Source of the DNA: an uncultured Conexibacteraceae bacterium
Lineage (GTDB): Bacteria; Actinomycetota; Thermoleophilia; Solirubrobacterales; Solirubrobacteraceae
Length of the DNA: 64,000 nt
Direction of reading: 5' to 3'
NCBI GenBank assembly: GCA_963836485.1
Contig: CAWIJS010000013.1
Location: 527,961-591,960, forward strand
Shown: piece after piece, positions 60,472 through 64,000 of the stretch
How the letters are laid out: every line of letters starts with the position of its first letter
Position numbering within the stretch: position 1 is the first letter of the stretch
Notes under the pieces: generated by a model
Seen by the model: only the letters and a program-made list of their open reading frames with translations
The model's database searches: none
What the model was told of the DNA's origin: nothing
Program-made: the position numbers and the translations under genes

Positions 60472-63400
60472 CTAACGCCCCCCGCTCTGGCGCGCGGCCT
60501 TGAAGGTCAGCGACACCGTCACACTGACCGCCCTGCCACCCGCCGGCACGAACGAGACCTTCACCTTCCGAACCAGCTTCCCGTGCCTGATCAGCTGACG
60601 CCGACCCAAGGCACTCAGCGACACCCTGGCCGCGACCGTCGACGCCTTGCTCGCCTTGTGGCTCGCCGCCATCAGGCCCGACCCCGCCAACGACACTCGA
60701 CCAGGGCCAGAGACCCTGACCCGCAACGTCGCCGAGAACGCGGTCACCGCCCTGGGCTTAGAGACCGAGACCTTGCCCGCGACTCCAGCCTGATCGCCAC
60801 GACCGTTGAACCCCGGCGTACCGGGGTCCGCATCGTTGGGCAACGGCGAGGCAGTGCCCTGACAAGCCTCCAGGGAACACGGCGGGGCCGCCGCAGGGAA
60901 GTCAAAGCCACCGCCAACACGCGCGTCGTACAGGTGCGTGCTGGCGTCGATCGCGTCGGGCGTGAGTTGCGCATGCTGCGTGAAGAACACATCCTGGCCG
61001 CTTGGACTGACGCTCTCCACGACCGGACCCGCCCTTACCGAAGTGGTCAGTCCGTCGGTGATCAGCAGGAGACGGCCGTCTCGCCACTCGTAGACGTCGC
61101 TGCCTGCCAGCTCGAGATCAGCTGGCTTGGCGGTGTTCTGATCGGCGGCGACCAACGCTGTGGGCGTCGAAAACGCGTAGTCGCCGTCGTCGGAAATCGC
61201 CGTGAGGTTCGGCCCCAGCTGAGAAGCCGCCCCCAGCTTGTCGACTGCTCCGCGCGGCGGGCTCCCGTCCGCCGGGCAGGACACGCAGACCACTGACCGA
61301 TCGCGATCATTGTAACGGTAGTACTGGCCCGTACCGCCGTTCTGTTGCCCGTCGATCGCATTGAGACCTGGAGCATCTGACCAGAAGACGAAGACCGAGC
61401 CGTCGGGACTGATCGCGTTGCCAGACGTGCCGGAGTCTCCGGCCTGGCCCTGGATCCCGGCCTGGGCGACATAGGCGAGCTCGCCACGAGCGACGTCAAC
61501 ACGGTAGATCCCCTCGCTTCCAGCCCCGGGAAGAAGAGGTTGAGAAGAGATGAAGTAGAGGTGCGAGCCATCGTCGGAGACGGCGATCTGCGAGTGGCCC
61601 GAGCCTTCTACGTCAGCGTGAAGGTTCGAAAGGCACGTCACGCAGCTGAGACCTCCGCTAGACAGGTCATAGCGGTAGACGTCGTTGCCACCAGTGTCCC
61701 GCGACACGAGGCTGCGCTCGGTCGAGAAGAACGCACTGGAATCGGTCGAGCGGATGAAGTGCGATCCCGCAGGTCCAACTTGACGGGTGGTCTGGGTGGC
61801 GACGTCACGAACGAAGAGCTGGAGATCCCCGCTACCGCCACAAGGTGAAACGTTTCCATTGCTTGGGAAGAAGACGTGAAGACCGTCGGACGAAACCCAG
61901 TGCTGTGCACGGGAAAGACGATCGCCCGCGACGTCGAGCGATGTGCCGTCGACGCCGCAGTTGGGAACCGAGCCGTCCGGGAGGAGGCTGATGAGATGCG
62001 GGGTACCGGACGTGATGTCATAGAGGTTCCGATCTAGGTGTCCCTGATCCGCTCCCGCGACGGGATGGTCGGGATCCAGGCTTCCGCGGACGACCGAGAC
62101 GAGTCGCGAACCGTCGTCAGAGACGCCGATATAGCGGGTGATGTTCTCTTCGGCAAACGCCGCACCAAAGACGTGGGAGGCCGGCGCACCGGGCCGGAAG
62201 TGCCAGACGTCAATGGTTCCGACATTGGTGATGTCCCGATTGACCGAGAAGAGCTGCGAGAGGTCGCTGCTCCCGATCGGCTCTGTCCAGAGGTTCCCTG
62301 GGGCCTGAGCGCGAGAGGGGTAGAGCGGGCGGTCCTGCCAGCCACTTGCGGTGCGCTCGGCAAAGAGGTGATTGGACCCTACGTTGTTCAACGCCCCGTA
62401 GGCGGAGCCGGGACTGCCGCCGTTGACGGCGTAGAGGGCGCGGTCACCATTGTCGGAGATGGCAAGCGCCCTCGTAACCGCGTTGCCACCGGTGTCGGGG
62501 GTGCTGACTTGTTCCCAGGCGCGGTCTGAGTCTGGGGGTCCTGGGTAGTGTCCGTGGCTTAGGGGTGTGTCGGTGGTGCGGGTGGTGAGGGTCATGTCGT
62601 TGCCGTGGGCGGGGCCGTCGGGGTTGCCGTTGTCGGCGATGACGCGGTAGTGGTAGGTGGTGTTGGGCGTGAGGCCGGTGATCTGCTGGGAGACGAGCTC
62701 GATCTCGTCCCCGGAGCCGGCGGGGTGATCGGCGGTGGCGGTGCAGGGGTGCGTGTCGCACGGTCCTTGGTCGCCGTACTCGAAGTGGTAGGTGGCCGAG
62801 ACGCCACGCGGATCGACGCGGGAGTCCAGTCGAGCGGTGGTCGCGGTCCGGGTCGGTGAGCCGGTCGTCTCGACGGCGGGCGAGCCAGGGGTCGTGAAGG
62901 TCGCGTCAGCGCCCGTTGAGGTCCCGTTCGCGTTGGTCGCCACCAGGCGGAAGCGGTAGGCGGTGCCGGCGGTCAGGCCCGCGACAGCGGCCGAGACGTC
63001 GACCGGCGTCGCGCTGGCCCCCGGGTCGGGAGCACACGCGGCGCTGGTCGCGTTGGCAAAGCCGTGCAGGTTGAACTCGGCCTGCGCCACGTAGGAGAAG
63101 TGGCAGTCGGTGACCGCGGTCCCGTCGGGGCTCAGAGAGCCGTTGAGGATCACGGTGGTGTTGGTGACCGAGGTCGCTGTCGCGGTGGTGACGCCGTGAA
63201 CGGGCCTGTCGGTGGCGAAGGACTGCTCGGCTCCCTGGGTGGTGCCGTTGGCGTTGGTGGCCACCAGCCGGAAGTGGTAGGTGGTCTCCGGCGTGAGCGA
63301 CACGACATCAGCCGCGACGGCCACATCGCCTGACCCCGACCCCGGATCTCCATTGCACGCCACGTGGGTGGCGTTGGTGAAGCCGTTGGCCTGGAAGTCG

Positions 63401-64000
63401 GTGTCGGCGGTGTACTCGAAGTGGCAGTCGGTGATCGGCGCGCCGTTGGGGTCCAGCGTGCCGTTCAGCGTCGCCGAGACCGCGCCGACGGCGGCGGCCG
63501 GATCGGTGGCGAGGTCTCTAACGGCCGTGTCGGTCGTGAAGGCTTGGTCGGTGCCCTTGCTGGTGGCGTTGGTGTTGGTGGCGACCAGCCGGACGTGGTA
63601 GGTCGTGTCGAGCGTGAGGCCTGAGATCGCTGCTGAGACCGCGACGTCACCGGAGCCTGAGCCGGGGTTGGGCGTGCACGGAGTATGGGTGGCGTTGGCA
63701 AAGCCATTGGTTTGGAAGCCGGCGTCGTCGATGTACTCGAAGTGGCAGTCGGTGACCGCCACGCCCCCGGGATCGACGGTCCCGTTGAGCGTCGCCGTCG
63801 TCAACGCGACCGGTGAGGCTGCGCCGGTCGTCGCGCCCGGGACCGTGACCGGAGCGCCGAAGACGTGCACGAGGCCGTTGCCGGTGTCTGACACGTACAC
63901 CTGGTTGGAACCTTGATCGACGGCGACGCCACCGACCGAGGCGGCGGCGATATCACCCCCGAAGTCATAGAGAGGGACGCCCGCCGCGTCATAGACGCTG
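60472..64000 (-). CDS. Large extracellular protein (5'-truncated): NHL repeat, four FN3-like repeats, beta-propeller, basic C-terminal domain
   Basis: Frame open to window edge (GVAVDQGSNQVYVSDTGN); T.Y..RLVATN repeats; SDDG-type propeller blades. Confidence 0.88.
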   Translation of the reverse strand, partial: SVYDAAGVPLYDFGGDIAAASVGGVAVDQGSNQVYVSDTGNGLVHVFGAPVTVPGATTGAASPVALTTATLNGTVDPGGVAVTDCHFEYIDDAGFQTNGFANATHTPCTPNPGSGSGDVAVSAAISGLTLDTTYHVRLVATNTNATSKGTDQAFTTDTAVRDLATDPAAAVGAVSATLNGTLDPNGAPITDCHFEYTADTDFQANGFTNATHVACNGDPGSGSGDVAVAADVVSLTPETTYHFRLVATNANGTTQGAEQSFATDRPVHGVTTATATSVTNTTVILNGSLSPDGTAVTDCHFSYVAQAEFNLHGFANATSAACAPDPGASATPVDVSAAVAGLTAGTAYRFRLVATNANGTSTGADATFTTPGSPAVETTGSPTRTATTARLDSRVDPRGVSATYHFEYGDQGPCDTHPCTATADHPAGSGDEIELVSQQITGLTPNTTYHYRVIADNGNPDGPAHGNDMTLTTRTTDTPLSHGHYPGPPDSDRAWEQVSTPDTGGNAVTRALAISDNGDRALYAVNGGSPGSAYGALNNVGSNHLFAERTASGWQDRPLYPSRAQAPGNLWTEPIGSSDLSQLFSVNRDITNVGTIDVWHFRPGAPASHVFGAAFAEENITRYIGVSDDGSRLVSVVRGSLDPDHPVAGADQGHLDRNLYDITSGTPHLISLLPDGSVPNCGVDGTSLDVAGDRLSRAQHWVSSDGLHVFFPSNGNVSPCGGSGDLQLFVRDVATQTTRQVGPAGSHFIRSTDSSAFFSTERSLVSRDTGGNDVYRYDLSSGGLSCVTCLSNLHADVEGSGHSQIAVSDDGSHLYFISSQPLLPGAGSEGIYRVDVARGELAYVAQAGIQGQAGDSGTSGNAISPDGSVFVFWSDAPGLNAIDGQQNGGTGQYYRYNDRDRSVVCVSCPADGSPPRGAVDKLGAASQLGPNLTAISDDGDYAFSTPTALVAADQNTAKPADLELAGSDVYEWRDGRLLLITDGLTTSVRAGPVVESVSPSGQDVFFTQHAQLTPDAIDASTHLYDARVGGGFDFPAAAPPCSLEACQGTASPLPNDADPGTPGFNGRGDQAGVAGKVSVSKPRAVTAFSATLRVRVSGPGRVSLAGSGLMAASHKASKASTVAARVSLSALGRRQLIRHGKLVRKVKVSFVPAGGRAVSVTVSLTFKAARQSGGR
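62584..63849 (-). repeat. Intragenic tandem repeats, 321-bp (107-aa) period
   Basis: AAGTGGCAGTCGGTGA at 63098, 63419 and 63740; a fourth, more diverged unit follows. Confidence 0.9.

Noticed and set aside
62584-63849. 321-bp periodic repeats as CRISPR or a non-coding array
   Set aside because: In-frame protein domain repeats; no spacer structure or cas genes.

Overview
High-GC bacterial chromosomal window. Gene content suggests Actinomycetota class Thermoleophilia (Solirubrobacterales-like); this is inferred, not verified. Most of it is core or metabolic: tyrosine catabolism (hppD, hmgA, FAH-family hydrolase), a split System I cytochrome c maturation set, secG, argS, rlmH, tgt, NAD kinase, rapZ, gap-pgk-tpiA-gpmI, two MMPL transporters, two histidine kinases and a Ser/Thr kinase module. 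Three accessory elements stand out. (1) A lone AbiEi/DUF559 nuclease-like gene at 14157-15068 is bracketed by 41-bp inverted repeats that are each a hairpin and supply the gene's start and stop codons. (2) An islet at the 3' end of tRNA-Gly(CCC) carries an ars operon, an RHH-PIN toxin-antitoxin pair and a divergent EVE/PUA-like gene. (3) The region from about 54.6 kb carries DUF4926, a C-terminal-MerR protein, a HYD1-type ADP-ribosyltransferase-like gene and two giant repeat-built exoproteins sharing a basic C-terminal domain. No CRISPR array, rRNA, integrase or transposase was seen. All family calls are by eye from motifs; no database searches were run.
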